This document shows, one piece after another, positions 24,020 to 38,119 of a stretch of DNA of 64,000 bases. This DNA is from Lama glama (lineage: Eukaryota). How positions within the stretch are numbered: the first letter of the stretch is position 1; every line of letters begins with the position of its first letter. The stretch is from contig CM052818.1 in NCBI GenBank assembly GCA_028534125.1, positions 12,960,001 to 13,024,000 on the forward strand, in the 5' to 3' direction. The translations under genes were made by a program, and so were the position numbers. Under the pieces are notes generated by a model, which was not told where the DNA came from, did no database searches, and saw only the letters and a list, made by a program, of their open reading frames with translations.

Positions 24020-24920
24020 AGGCAGTCCACTGGTGCTATCACTTACTGGACCATCTGGAAGATGCTGACCTCATAGAGCAATGGAATGGCCCAGCTCAAG
24101 CACAGCTCAAGCACCAGCTTGTACATAGCACCCCGGGAAAATGGGGGCTCTTCTTCCAGAATGTTATAAAATACCCCAAATCAATGCCCTATTAATGGGG
24201 CTGTCTTTCCCATAGGTAGAAACACGGATCCAGGAAACAAAGGGTGGAAACAGGAGGGGCCCAGCTTACTCTCACTCTCAGTGACCCACCCACCTGAGGA
24301 ATGTGTGCTTCCCTCCCCCTCAGTGCAGGGCTCAGCAGGTTTAAAACTTCTGATTCCCAGATAGGAATGCTTCCACCATGGGACACAGCAAGACTGCCAT
24401 TGAACATTAAGCTAGGGATGCTGCCCATTCACTTCATGTTTCTTGTATTAACAGACCAGTTGGCAAAGAAAGGAGTTATATCCTGGCAGGCGTAACTGGC
24501 TTAATCATTCGGAAGAAGTACGACTGCTGTCATAGAAGGAAGGTACGGAAGAACGTGCTGGCTCACAGATGAACTTTATCAGTGTCTCTCTGGCACAGTT
24601 TTGATTGTAAATGGGCAAATTCACAGCCACATACTGTGAAGAACATATTATCCGAGGCCCAGAACCCACAGAGATTAGAGTCTGAGTCACCCCCGCAAGT
24701 AAGCCATCTGGATGAAGAGGTGCTAGCCAAGCCTAAGTGGAATCTAGAATGATTCGTAGAAGAGAGAAATGGTAAATTGTAGCCTTGAGACCAGCTGAAG
24801 CAGCTAGAGCTATAGCTCATCCCACTAATCTTCTCTTGTCATTTTTCTAGGAAAAGCCCAGGAGGATACAGGGGGAGCTTTCCCAGAGCTATATGAAAGT
24901 TACAGCAACACGAACGGTGC
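24020..24920 (+). mobile_element. ERV-L internal fossil: integrase C-terminal half and dUTPase, frameshifted and with stops
   Basis: Translation from 24025 gives VHWCYHLLDHLEDADLIEQWNG...LKHQL...WG (ERV-L integrase HWSYH..HPEAAGLIERWNG-like). ORF 24301..24495 has GMLPPWDTARLPLNIKL.MLP.HF...DQLAKKGV (ERV-L dUTPase-like). Confidence 0.85.
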
Positions 24921-24922
24921 GC

Positions 24923-25291
24923 TGTTGTGGGTGCTGTGCTGTCCTGTCTAGATCAACCTCAGGACTCAACTGACCACTCATTCCCCACCTCCTGCAAGTG
25001 TTGGCAGCTGATGGCTTTCAGCTGAGTTTATCTTTGAGCCTCATCGTGGGCTGAAGAAGGCTATCTAAGCTAAAGAGAGCCTCTATCCTAAGTCACACCT
25101 CCACCCTCCAGTATCCGGAGGAAACTCACATCCAAACATGTGAGTATACAGGCCTAGCTCTTCTGTTTCTAATTTTTCCCTCAGAGAATTCCCGTCATCC
25201 TCTCACAGGTCTGGTTCCCAAGAACACTCTCAATAAACTCCCGAAGTAATCTCATTCTGAGTATTTTTCCCAGGGAATCCAACCTGCCACA
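24923..25291 (+). mobile_element. 3' LTR of the ERV-L element (LTR16-like)
   Basis: TG...CA termini, cactcattcccc...gtgttggcagctgatggctttcagctgag, AATAAA near 25232, end cagggaatccaacctgccaca. Confidence 0.75.
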
Positions 25292-26054
25292 TGGAGTATT
25301 AGATTAGAAAGATATAAATTAAAAAAATTTAAAGTATGCTGCTATATCTATTTGTCCTCTCTATGCAAAATATCCTCACCCAGGATACTTCAAGCCCCAA
25401 GGCCACTTCAGCGTAGTATATTGAGAAGAGAGCTTGGGCAAAGTAAGCTGGTTTAAGATGAATGAATGTCTTCTGAATCAGATGCAAAAAGCCAAGAGAA
25501 TCACCTCAATATTTGAAAGCAGTGAAGATCATGATCAAAGAAAAATGAAGATAATCTATGAAATATGCATGACAGTGTGTTTAATTAAAGAATTACTTTG
25601 TTCACGCTGAGCAGAACTTTATTGGACAATAACCTCTTGGCTTCATAAGGCTCTGTGAAGCTAAGAACGAGCAGGGAGGGGACACATGAGAATAAGCTCA
25701 CCCGTGGAACAGGTGGGTAGGCAGATAGCTGAGTAAGCAGGGACTGACATAGGCAGATGTATTCTCTTTGAATTCCTGCCTTCTATTTCTTCAAAACAAC
25801 TTGCATTTTGCAAAAAAACTTCCAACTTTTTACATCTTTAATACTTTTTAAATATTTTTTTCAGATTGCAAATAAATTACAGTAGTTTCATGTGTTAACA
25901 AGCTAATGCTGATCTTTACTGAAGTGTGATTGTTTTGCACATTTTAATTTGATTTGTGGCACTAAATCTTTATAACAAGTACTGATGGTTTAGAGTATTC
26001 TAAGGGAAACATTTTCTTTTTATTTGAGGTGGGGTAAATCCGTCCAAAGATGCT

Positions 26055-26235
26055 CCGAGGGCAGTGTGAGGTGCTGGGAAAGCACAGGGCTGGGGCTCAA
26101 AGATTTGTGTTCCTGTCTAGTTCTGATGCCCTCAAGAAGGCACTTCACCTCTCTAGACCTCGGCCTCTTCATCTTTGAACCAAATGAATAGGATTGGATG
26201 ATTTCAAAGGTTCCTTCCCCTAAGGTACTATGAGT
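26055..26235 (+). mobile_element. MIR/MIR3 SINE
   Basis: cacttcacctctctagacctcggcctcttcatct...ggattggatgatttcaaaggttccttcc. Confidence 0.65.
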
Positions 26236-28422
26236 CTGATGTTATAAAGTCACTAAAATGTCCTGCTAGAAAAGCTTACAACCCTAGTATGTGTATATTC
26301 AGCCCTAAATGATTTTCTTTTGAGGAGAAACAATCATTGCAAATAAAATGAATTAACATGACACATGGGATGTGGAACATTTAAACTGAAAATGAGGGAG
26401 CTAAAATTCTGATGCCATCCGTAGACACCTGCAAGTTCAAAAGGCTCAAGCTTGGGAAAGAACAGCATGGGTTTCCGCCGATCTCCTCTCAGAAAGACCT
26501 GGTGGTAAGTAGCACACCAGTGTTCTAGATAAAGGCTGAATGGCGGCAGGCACCATGGGGTTGGAGCACAAGAATCCCAGCCCCCTCCAAAAAAATAAGC
26601 CTCACAGATTCAAAGTCCTCAGTTTCCACCACTTCCAGCCTCCTTCTCTCAGCCTACCTCCCCTAGAACACACAGCCCTGAAATTCAGTGACGAGGGGCA
26701 GAGACTTTAAGTGGGAAGGCAAGGGAAGAGCCTCTGGATGAGAGAAAAGATCTCGGCTTCAAAGAATCCAAAACCCAAGCCCCTCAGACAACTCAGGAAA
26801 ACTGGGTTCAGACTTTCAGCCCAGCTTCCAGTGACAATAAGCCCAAGATCCAAGAGCGGTGCTTAGCAGTGTATTAGCCAAGATGCTTTTCCTTTCTCAT
26901 ACCCTATCCCCAAATTTAAAGTGTTCCTGACTAAAAAGTGACAACATAGGAGCCATCTGCTCTTCAGTGTACCCACATTAGCAGTATTGGCCATGCTTTC
27001 CTTTTCAGGACACTTAAGTGAGATATGCAGAGCTGGCACTTAACAAAGTGGAACTGTTTGGGTCTGGTGTCCCCAGCCCCTCTATTCCATAGCCTCCTCA
27101 CTGTTCCTGACATTAGATGTTCCCAGTCCTCCTGCAGTCTCTTCCATTTCTTCCCCTACTCAATCTTCCTCTTAAATCAATTTGCTTGAAATCCTTAAAT
27201 ATATATGTTTGCATATCTATCCTGTGCACGTTTTAACATTGATCAAACGGCTTAGAACAAACAGATGAAACCCCATTACATAGAAAAGACTGTTTACAGA
27301 CTTTTTTTAGTGTTGCGAGATCCCTGAAATTCCATCACATAGACAGTCACCGACTAAACTTACAGAATTGCTTTAGATCGTTTATATCCCTTCTGTTTAT
27401 TTGAATCATAATGGGAAGTCTGTTCCTCTTCATATCAAAGATGTTTTTAGAATCTAGGAAATGTTACAAATAGGAACCAACCTCCCATTTGCTGTATATA
27501 AGACACAGCTAAGAGCGAAGTTTTCTGGAGACATATATTGAAAGTGGTAGATCATAGAAATTGATATGACAACACGGTGGAATTATCTTTTGAGTAAAAT
27601 AATAAAATACTGGTAGAGAATCTATCATTTAGACATTAAATTTAACAGATATGTAGAAAAAGCAGAAAACTAAGCTGCCAAATGACAGAATAACCCAACT
27701 GCCTGAGTCTTCACAATGTTAAGCTGACTTTAAATATGTGGGAGGAAAAAAATAGAAAAGATTTAGAAAAATTTCTCTCAAATAAGCATTAAATAAATGG
27801 GCTATTTAAGGAAAACCTCAGGCCTGAAGAACAGTGACAGTTTAAACTCCCTAACAATACCAGGAGCAGTGACAAAGGAGCTTAGGGCTTCAAATTTATT
27901 ACAGGTATCATCGTACTTGTAGAGAGCCTTCTGAGAGTGAATAGCACGTAGTATTCACATATGAAAATGCCTAAATCTCTCTCTCTTTTTTTTTTCCATC
28001 TGCTCACTGCATAGCCAAAATAATCACTGCCTGCGGGTGGGCAAATTGCATGACTTCTAGAGCCAGCGGTCACATCCAGACTGCCTCCATAGCTGAAATT
28101 CTGGACAGAGCCTACAGACCATAACAAGGCTCAGCCATTGTGCTTAGCACTTTTAATGATTAGCAAAGCTCTCATCAAAGAAATGCAGAACAGCAACTTG
28201 GCCAACAGAGTCCTTGACAGAAGCACCTCCAAGCTGTAGTGATTCTATCAGTTAGTTGTGAAGCCTCTAACTAAAATCATAAAATATGTTATTCTTATTC
28301 CAATAAAAGGTGATAATGTAGATTAACTTTCTAAAGTATAAATTTATTTTACAGGAGACTTTGCTGTAAGTCAAATTATTAAGGTAGTTCTTTTTTTTTT
28401 AAATGATGGAAGGTATGCTCAT

Positions 28423-28712
28423 CAGTATTACCCAAATTTGTTCTACTGAACAGATGTTCCACAGAGGAAAACACAGTTCCCATGGTCAAATAAGTTTGGG
28501 ATTTATTTTCATCTGGGACATTCACCATCCTAATTAGAATATAAATTAGCTATAGGAAAGATTTTTAGTAAAAAAAAAAAAAGCATAACTGTTCAATTTT
28601 TTTTTAACTCTGATATTGGCAAACTAATTTCTCCCACCAAGTTGTTTCACATAGCCTTTGAACATCTGGAGACATTTGTTTACAGATGCATGTTCTTTGG
28701 AAAACTTGGCAA
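28423..28712. mobile_element. Old hAT-Charlie-type MITE (subfamily not assigned)
   Basis: cagtattacccaaa start, gttcccatggtcaaataagtttggg, end ctttggaaaact. Confidence 0.45.
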
Positions 28713-30130
28713 TAGAGAATCAGTCACAGCTTTCAAAAAAAGATTTCTTTTCTCAAGTAACTACATTCACTTTATTTCATTAAAATTTTTTATTCAATTT
28801 CCAAGATTTTTGTAATTGAAATAAAGAATTGTGATAGATTTAAGTTGGAGGCATCTGTGCTAATCTGAAACCAGAGAGAAAACTGGGAGAACTGAAGGGA
28901 TCCCAGCATCCACCCTGCTGAACTGATTCACCTGCACTGATTCACCTCAGAGTGGTAACTTCTGAACTGGGTTCCCATTTCTTTAGGTAGAAAATGGAAG
29001 GATAGCACCATCCTACCTAGTTATAATAAGCCGATTCCAAAAAACTTGTAGAAAAACAGAAGCCACTTAAAAAGGTTGAAACTGCCTAAGGCCTTGCTGT
29101 TAGTAACAGAATCAGAATAATAATTTCTTTTGTGAAACTATTTGCTTATTAAACTATGGCTATATAAAACTGATCTGAGAAAAAAAAAGGTGGGGGAAGG
29201 ATAAAAAGCTTGGTGATGAATTAATTTTCAAGGTCTTAGTAAACTATTATTAATTCAATGGTATTATTAATTCAGTGATTGAATACATTTTATTTCTCTG
29301 GTTTATGTTTGATTTGTATTTGAAGGCAGAGTATTTTTAAAAAATATTTCTACAAAGAAGGAAGGAGTGAGAATTATTTATATGTTTTTAAAATTTTGAA
29401 AACAAGATGGGATAGCGGCAAGGTATCAAAAGAGAAAGTTTTTTTCTCTAGAGACCTTCAGAAATTAAAATTTCAGAAATTCAGAAAGTATACTATATAT
29501 TTTTCTTCTTATAATGAAATAGGTACAACTATGGAGTGATTTAAGATAACTATTCTTTTCTTCTACAAGAAGAACAGCTACAGAAAATTTATCATGAAGC
29601 TAAAAAAACACAGTAAGTTGAAAAGGTCACTGTTTTTAAATTAAAGATGTTTCTTTATACTTAGAATATGGCATTGGAATCCAATGGAATAGTAAACTGA
29701 ATAATTTAGCTTTTACATGTTTTATATGAGTCTATTAGAAAGTTACACAATGAATTCCATTATTTCAAAATACCTGTCTTCAAAACAAAATGTTAAATTC
29801 ACATAATACTCTTAAAAACTAACACAAAATCAGTTTTATAGGAAATCAATGTAATGTATTTAACAGTCTTTATAGTCCCCTTTCTTTTCTCTTTAAATTC
29901 TATTTAATTTGATGACTTTTGAAATAAGCAACTATTATAGAATAGACCCATTACACTTTGCATTAAGTGAGCATTACTGCAAATGGTGCTAATAGAGTTA
30001 TCCTGCTAGAAATTCCCTGCTTTTTCCCCAGTAAAATAAATTTGTGCATACTTGTGAATAGGTCCCTTACTCACATGACAATGTAGTTTGGATATCTGTC
30101 CATATTTGTTAAAAAATCTACCTCACTTTT

Positions 30131-30451
30131 TGATACAAATGAATTTATTTACAAAACAGACTCACATAGAAAACAAACTTATGGTCACCAAAGGGGAAAG
30201 GTGAGGTGGCAGGGAGAATAAATTAGGAGTTTGGAATTAATAGATACACACTGCTATGTGTAAAATAGATAAATAACAAGGACCCATTGTATAGCACAAG
30301 GAACTATGTTCATTGCCTTGTAATAATAACCTATAATGGAAGAGAAGCCGAAAAAGAAACTCTCTCTATATACTCATATACATATCTGAGTCACTTTGCT
30401 GTATGCCTGAAACTAACACATTTTTAATCAAATATACTTCAACAAAAAAGA
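30131..30451 (+). mobile_element. Short, younger cetartiodactyl-type L1 3' end with TSD
   Basis: gaaaacaaacttatggtcaccaaagggg...ataaattaggagtttgg...gagtcactttgctgtatgcctgaaactaacaca...A tail. TSD 30111-30130 vs 30452-30471 matches at 18/20. Confidence 0.9.
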
Positions 30452-30479
30452 AAAACATCTACCTCATTTTTAAATAAAA

Positions 30480-33200
30480 TTTTTGCAATATTGCTCTATT
30501 ATTTGTGTGAATCATAACTGATAGATATTTAGATCATTGCCAGATTTTTCGTGCATATATTTGTTACAAATGTGTTGTGATGGTCATCCTAGTAAACTAC
30601 CTCTTTACGTTTTTGTTCATATTTCTATAGGGCTGAGCTACCTTTTCTTATTAATTTATGAGTATTTCACTAAAACTAAAATTAGTCCTTTCTCATATGC
30701 TTTCCCAATTACTTTTTTCCATGGTTGTCATTCATGCTTTGACTTCAGTATTTTGTTTTACTGAAGGATTTAATCTTTATGTCCTTAAATTTATCAGTCT
30801 CCCTTCATGACCTCCAAATTTTGTATCATGCTTAGAAGCCCTTTACTACAGCAATATTCGAATGTTTTACTCCATTGCTTTCCTGGTTTTATTTTTTATG
30901 TCATAATGTTTGATTTATCTGAAACTCATTTTAGTTTAAGAAGTGAGTAGTGATCTCACTTTAGGTCTCCAAATGTTATGTCAATTTATTGAACATCATT
31001 TATTGATCAATTCCCCCTTCCATTTATTTGAATCCTACCTTTATCATATATTAACTCTATTTCATATATTTTTTACTTCTACTTCCATACTCTTCAGTCT
31101 TTTCTTAAATCAGTAATAAACTCTTACAAGTTCTCTAGATTTATACTTTACATTAATATCCAGTAGGGCTTATTTTTCCACATTACTCTTTTCATTTACA
31201 AACTTTCATTTTAACCTTACTCTTTATCATTCCAGATGAAATCTAGTATCATTTTGCAAATTTTCTTGAAAGCAATCTTGCTGGCATGCTGAAAGATTTG
31301 TGAAAATATACATTTTAAACATATATTGTTCTAGTCCAAAGTATTTCTCTTAATTTAATTCTTCTTTACTATCTTTAAAAAAGATTGTTTTTCTCACGTA
31401 AGTTCTACAAATTGATAATTATTTGCAGATGCTGTATATTAAATATTTTCTTCCATTATGTTTTTATTTTTTAATTTCAATATTGTATTCAACCCAATAT
31501 GTCTAAATATCATTTCATATGTATTTAACATAAAACATGATTAATGAGAGTTAAAAAATTTTTTACAGTAAGTCTTCAAAATCCAGGATGTAGTTTTCAC
31601 TCACAGCATGGCTCAGTTTGAACTAGCCACATTTCCAGAGCTCAACAGCCATTTATAGTTAATGGCTATCATACTGGACAGCACAATGCAGACAATTCTC
31701 ATTTATAGTTCAGCGTGGAATGTTGCTCTACGGAAGTCTGAGGTCTGTCTGAATTTTTCTCTTTTGGAAGTGATTAGCTTTTTCTGGTGCCTGAACAATT
31801 ATGTCTTCATTCCTGAAACTCATTAACTTAACAGGGACGTATATCCATGTAAGGAATTCTATACCAAATTTTCATGTCCATTCCCCACACAGGATTCTTC
31901 ATTTCAGGAATCTCTTCTCGTGAGATATCTTTGTAGTACTACTTTTCTTATTCCACTTGTTATAGAGAACATATAGAAACTGTGTGTTTCTAAAATGATA
32001 GTTTTGTATATAGAAAACTTTTTGGTTATTTATTTTTACTCTGTTACTTCTAGAACAGCTTTTAGTTGATTATTTTAGGGCTTTCAGGTTCATACTGCTA
32101 TCATTTGCAAAATTAAAATTAGCCCATACTTTCCAATATTTATACATCTAAATTTAATTTTTGTCTGATGAATCTAATAGCTGTACTTCCAGAGAAATAA
32201 TAAATAATAACAAAGCAAAAGAGTATCTTTGTATTTCTCCTGAATGTAATAGGAATATCTTAGTGTTTCAATATTAAGCCTGATGCTTGCTTTTGAATTA
32301 ACACATGTATTTATCACATGCTAATGAAGATTCCATTTCCATGTTAGAGTTTTAAAAGTTTTATATTAGAAATAAATATTGCTTTAAAACAATTGCATTT
32401 TTATCATGTATTAAATTGATCAAATTTTTTACTCCATCTTTTAATTTGGTAAATGTTATCACTAGTTTTCCAAATATTAAGGCATTCTCCATATAACTCT
32501 ATTCTATTTGCCAATAATTTGTTTTGCATTTTTGTGTTCATGGGTTAATAAATTTGTTCATTTTTGTTTTTCCCTTTCTGTTATCATTAGTGAAATTTTG
32601 TATCAGTTTAAACTTTTTTATATGAGAGAAAATATTTAACAGTATTAGAATTATTTCCTTCTAAACTCTTAAGTATTTGGAAGAGTTTATCTGTAATGTC
32701 TTCTGAGAATGATGTTTCTGGAGAATAAAAAATAATTTTCTCAATTATCACTTTGGATTTTGGGACTGTTTAGTTTCCCTACATCTTTTTAAGTTAATTT
32801 TAGTATTTATGGGGTTTTTTAATTGGAAAAAAATATCATTTTGTCTAGGTTTTCAAATAGAATTAGAGAAAATATGTAGGATACTCATGACAAATTTGAT
32901 TTTTTTCTCTATGTGCATCTTTTCCAACAACTTGATTTGAATAATTAATTCACTTTGTTAATCATTCCTATTTAGGAGTTTAAGATTATGGGAAATGTGC
33001 TATACAGAACTGTAAGTATATCCCATTGGTTCTGAAACTTATTATTTTTATTTTCATTATTTTATAAACATTGCACAATCAAGGTTTTGATTTTCTTCTT
33101 GATCAGTGAGTTATTAAATGTAAAGATTTCATGAACTTCTATCAAAGACATTTGTTATATTTTGTTGGTTTGATTTTATATTTCAAGTTGGTTGTGCTGG
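30480..33200 (-). mobile_element. Highly degraded old L1 (L1ME-like) fragments
   Basis: Very T-rich, with antisense ORF2 remnants (ttttagttgattattttagggc, tcatttgcaaa, tttggaagagtttatctgtaatgtcttctg). Confidence 0.6.
31460..31686. mobile_element. MER33-like hAT-Charlie MITE fragment
   Basis: aagtcttcaaaatccagg...cactcacagca...actagccacatttccagagctcaacagcca...tggctatcatactggacagcac. Confidence 0.8.
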
Positions 33201-34754
33201 AGTTCAATTTCAGTATCTCAAATATCCAAATCAAACTTTTGTTGAACCAATACTGAATTTCAGATAGCCATTCACAAAGCCTGGAAGTATAAGATTTCTA
33301 TTCTACAAAATGAAAATAATAATACTTACATCATTGGTATTCTCTGGAGACCTTATTTAAAACTAAAGCCCCACGAATAGCATTCCATATTCACTTACTG
33401 TGCCTAATTTTTCTGGACAGCACTCCTCACTACCTAAAAATTATACATGTATTTTACTTACACATCTGCTTACATTTGTGTCTCTCCCAACTATAATATC
33501 AGCTCTACTGGATTTGAGAACAAAGTCACATATTTAAGCTTTCTGCTTAAATTTAGTATCATTTGGTCAGGTGTCTCAAAATGTTGCTGTTTTATGCGGA
33601 CTGCATTAATTATATAGCTTAATTTAGGATTTGCAATCTTGGAAATCTGGATTACACATAGCAAATAACTCAGTATATATCTGTGTCTATGTTTGTGTTT
33701 CTATAATAAATAAACTTGGATTATATGAGAAATCACAGAGAAACCTATTGTGAAAGCATAGCATGGTGCTCACTTACTCTCAGATATGGAAAGTCTATCA
33801 GCACACAATTTGGTCCTATCTGTTCATCTCACATACCATTTGGCGAAGAGCAGTTGCTCAGTATATGTTGGTCTCCTTTCTATCAAAGGAACAGAATTGG
33901 CCTCAAGAGGCACCTATCTCTTAAACAGAGAGTTGTATGTCTCTATGCTCATTATAGGACTCAAGTGGGGATAAACAGTTTTTTCAAAAAGATAGTTCAT
34001 CTAACTAGTCAAATTTTATTTTGACCTTGAGCAAGTCTCTTATAGAGAGCCTCAAATGTACATACAAAAATTAACCACCAAACCAATCAAATCAACCAGA
34101 TCGTTTTATTACCTGGTCATTTCACTTAAGAAAATGGAAAGTCAATGAGATGACTAAATCTTACAATGAATGAAATAAAGGTATCCATATCTATTTACTG
34201 GAAATTTGCTTCCAATTATTATTAATGCCATTATGTATCTGAACTTAAGCTAAATTTCTTTGGATTCATTTGATTTGAAGTGACTAGTACCATACAAGGG
34301 TCCTGTAAAATTAGTGTGTTTATAAACACTCTGAACTAGAATACATAAGAGATCTGAATGATGCCCATTGGCTACTCAAACATGTCTTTAAGCTGAGATT
34401 TCTTGATCCAGCTCTCAATTTTATCAGCCTCTCAGAAGGTGGTCAGATTCTGTCGAGTAAACTCACATTAACCAAACTCAGAAACCAACTCTGATAACAG
34501 AGGAAAATATATTCACTTTGGATAAAACTTAACTATCTGAAAACCACGATGGCTGCAAACCAAAAACATTCATGCTCTTCGGTATTATCTTCTTGGTTCA
34601 AGCAACTGGTTCTTTCAACATCCATATGCGTGTTTTACACTTATTGTTCATATACTGTTGATTAAATTGAGAAACATCATGCTTTCTCATTGGATTTAGG
34701 AGACATCTCTGCAGTACACAGTGACAAAATATTTCTTAAAGTGATCCACTCCAT

Positions 34755-34970
34755 ATTTACTCATTCATTCATTTTTCACTTGTTCATTCACTTATTAAAT
34801 ATTAAATATCTGCTACATGACAGAACTTAATCCAGGCACTGATGAAATAGTAGTAAAACACAATCCCTGATTTAAGAAGGTCACAGTCTGGAGTGGAAGA
34901 CAGACATATAAATAGATAAGTTACAATATGGTGTGACAAATGCTTTGACAGGGTGCTACAAAGCATACTA
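34755..34970 (-). mobile_element. L2 3' end
   Basis: (TTCA)n-like tail cattcattcattt followed by ccaggcactg...cacagtctggagtggaagacagaca. Confidence 0.75.
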
Positions 34971-36819
34971 TAGCTGTCTCATTTAATTAGGTTTTCATTA
35001 ATTGCACTTGTTTCAATTTCAGAGGCTTTTGGGGGGAAGGATGAGGAGTAAGGGTGAAATTATCTAAATACTAACTCTACCCCGAACTATAAAATGTACT
35101 TTTGGGGCAAGGAGAACTATTACCCACACACACTTAACATTCAGCGACAGTAATTATTCTTCATCTTGGCAAAAAAATAACCCAAAGGTAAAAGTAGACT
35201 TTATAGCAAACAAGCTCATATTCAATGGGCCATATCTCCAGGTCCCTGTAACCCAGCTGGAGGTCACCACCATCTCTAATAGCTCCTACTTGGAACCAAG
35301 ATTCACACCTTAATGATGAAAGCAACATTACCCTGTGGAATTAGACCCATGAATTGTCCAGCCCAGCTATCTTTAACAGCAATCCACTAAGACCTCAATG
35401 CCAAAGACTGAAGCTACCCCAATTCTCCATGATTTTTCTTATATACTATACAGCAACTAGAAAGATGTAAGAATAAGAGAATAAAGAAGTGGTGATTAAA
35501 AGGCCAACACTTGTGCATCACACTTGGAAGCTGATTTTAACCAACCAAGAGGCCAATGTTATAACTTGTCTAGGCAAAGCAAGCATCCAAGTAGTAGAGT
35601 AAGGACTCCAAAGGCAAGGTACAGTAAAATAGCACAACACATTTTACATCTGAGAATGTACCTGGGCTGAAAACTAAACTCCTATATATCTTTTTGACCT
35701 AGACATAAATGAACAGGCTCACTTGAAAAGGTGTTGTTCTACCAAGTTTCATACCAGGGTCAGCATTTTGAAATTGCCCTCCAAAGAGAGCAAGAGTGAT
35801 ATATTGTAGAACACAAACATTTTAAAATTCCTATTGGATGTAACCTTTTTTTCCTTCAGTGTAGTTGGGAATTATGTTCCATTATTGTTCAGCAACTACT
35901 AAAAAGAACAGAGCAGCAATAATTCTTTTGAATTTCAGAGCTTCAAAGTAAAATTTCTTGCTATCATCATTAGAGATACGCACTTACTCATCAGCAGACT
36001 GTGTCCTCATTCTAAAATATTGCCTTTGTAAGCACAAGAGGTCCCAAAGGAGAGAATCAATGGTTATTGACTTCAAATCACTGACGCAGCAAATGACATT
36101 CATCTGTTAGGAAGGAAAGGTTGACAGACTGACACAAGGTCAGTTTCTCTCCAAAACTCACGTGTGCACCCTTTCCTGTCAATTCACTTCCATTTATCCC
36201 AAGAGACTGACTAGCAGTCTTTCTCGTAAGATCTCAGTAATAATTGGGAAACTAAATTATTTCCCAATTTGTATCATTTTAAGAATTCTTGATGATGTTG
36301 AATTTCAAGAAATGAACATGACTTTTATGCAAAAGATGGAAAAGTATTGTTCCTAGTTATTTAAACTTAGCTGTACCACACAAGTTTAAATAAAGCTTAC
36401 TATTCTTTGAAGGATGGAAATGCTAAATAAACGTGAAAACGCTAATTATAAAACGTTGCATTAAGTGGAAATTATTTATTTATCTTCAAAAGGCTAATTT
36501 TAAAATTGTTTTAATGAATTCTAGGAAGATTAAAGCAGTTTTCTCTGCAGCTGCATTAACTCTTCCTAGACACTTGATCTCATCAAAGCTATTCATCTGA
36601 ATAGCTATCCATGCCTGAAATCTAGATATTTTGAACCAAAAAAAAAGAAATAATGATTATTGCATATACTTTTTAAAAATTACTCATTTATTAAAAAGAT
36701 ACCTTTTTTTCTTTTCAAAATAGCCATCTCTTTGATAAGCTATATTCATGAACATTCTCCAAAATGAAATGTTTAAAGGAAACAATGATCTGAAAATTCT
36801 AGAATCCAACACTATTACT

Positions 36820-36930
36820 TCCTTGAGGGCAGGAATCTTGTCTTAGTTGCCTTGTAGTCCTTAATCTAGCACAGTTCCTGGAACACAGCTGGACTCATAA
36901 TAAATGTTAAGTCAGTCAGTCAAAAGAATG
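36820..36930 (+). mobile_element. L2 3' end fragment
   Basis: ttccttgagggcagg...ctagcacagttcctggaacacag...aataaatg. Confidence 0.7.
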
Positions 36931-36959
36931 TTCTTTTTGTCCATTGTTTTTGGCATAGT

Positions 36960-37215
36960 TAATAATAACAGCCAATGGTTATTAAGTGATTTTATTTACC
37001 AGGCACTGTGACCACTTGACATATATTAACTTTAAATTTTCACAGCAATCCTATGACATCTGAACTATTACTATCCCCATTTTACAGATGGGGAAACTGA
37101 AGTACAGAGAGGTTAAGTAACTTGCCCAAGATACCCATGTACTATATAGTAGAACCAGGATTCAAATCTGGTAAGCTACCCCAAGCCCTCTTACATAATC
37201 ATGACACTACATTCT
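36960..37215 (-). mobile_element. MIR SINE, near full length
   Basis: tatccccattttacagatggggaaactgaagtacagagaggttaagtaacttgcccaag...agaaccaggattcaaa. Confidence 0.92.
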
Positions 37216-38119
37216 CCTACCTTTCTGAATTATAAGATATCAAAAATTGAAGCAGCTTCCAAATATTTTCCATAGGGGCTAGTTACGTATGTAAAAGATT
37301 TCATGGGGGTCTAGATTGTTCTAGCAATCTTAATTTTAAAATAAGATATTGTATATCCTTGGAGCTGGTTTGAAATAAATAAAATACTAAATCAGTCAAA
37401 AACAGTTATTCTAAAATTAAAACATTTGAATAGTTTTTAAAAATTTATTTACCAAATTTGTTCCTTTTATTTCAAAAATAATTAAGTTATTCTGCTTAAC
37501 TAAATTATTTTTAAATACCATTTTCTGAAGGCAAAAAAAAAAAAAAAGCAAACCCAGAACCCACTGAGGATTAACAAAACAAAATAAACTGAAGTATTTA
37601 TACAAGTGCAAAGAGGTTTTAACTTGAATTACATGAATTCAGTACACTAACTCAATATACATGGACAACTAAAACTAAGATAAGTTATGGGTAGAAAATA
37701 TAATGGAGAAAAGGGTTCCTTCCAATGTGCAGAGTTCATGACAGACACGAGGGGGAGGTCACTGAAGTTGTCACAGGCTGGACCGGATCTCAGTGCCGAC
37801 CCTAATCTCCACTCAGGCTTCAGGTCCTACTGACTGATTTTCATGAAGTGAAGAGTGCCTGCCAAAAGGTAAATTTTGATGCCCAAGAGTCTGGAGGAGA
37901 GATGAGCAATAGAAGAGACCTTGACCCCAACCAGCTCCAAGGAAAGCACTGGAGCCAAATGTGAGCAGGAGTTTTCTCTCCATTTCTGTGATGAATACAC
38001 AATGGCACTGATTCTTCTGACGGCCTCTGGATTTGCAGATTTCAAGAATCATGTATTTAGTACTCAGGGCAAGAACCTTAAAACAGAGAAGCAGCAGCAG
38101 AAGCTACTGTGGGTAACAG

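Noticed and set aside
34316..34329. 14-bp perfect palindrome GTGTTTATAAACAC (paired forkhead-like sites)
   Set aside because: Several palindromes of this length are expected in 64 kb of AT-rich DNA.
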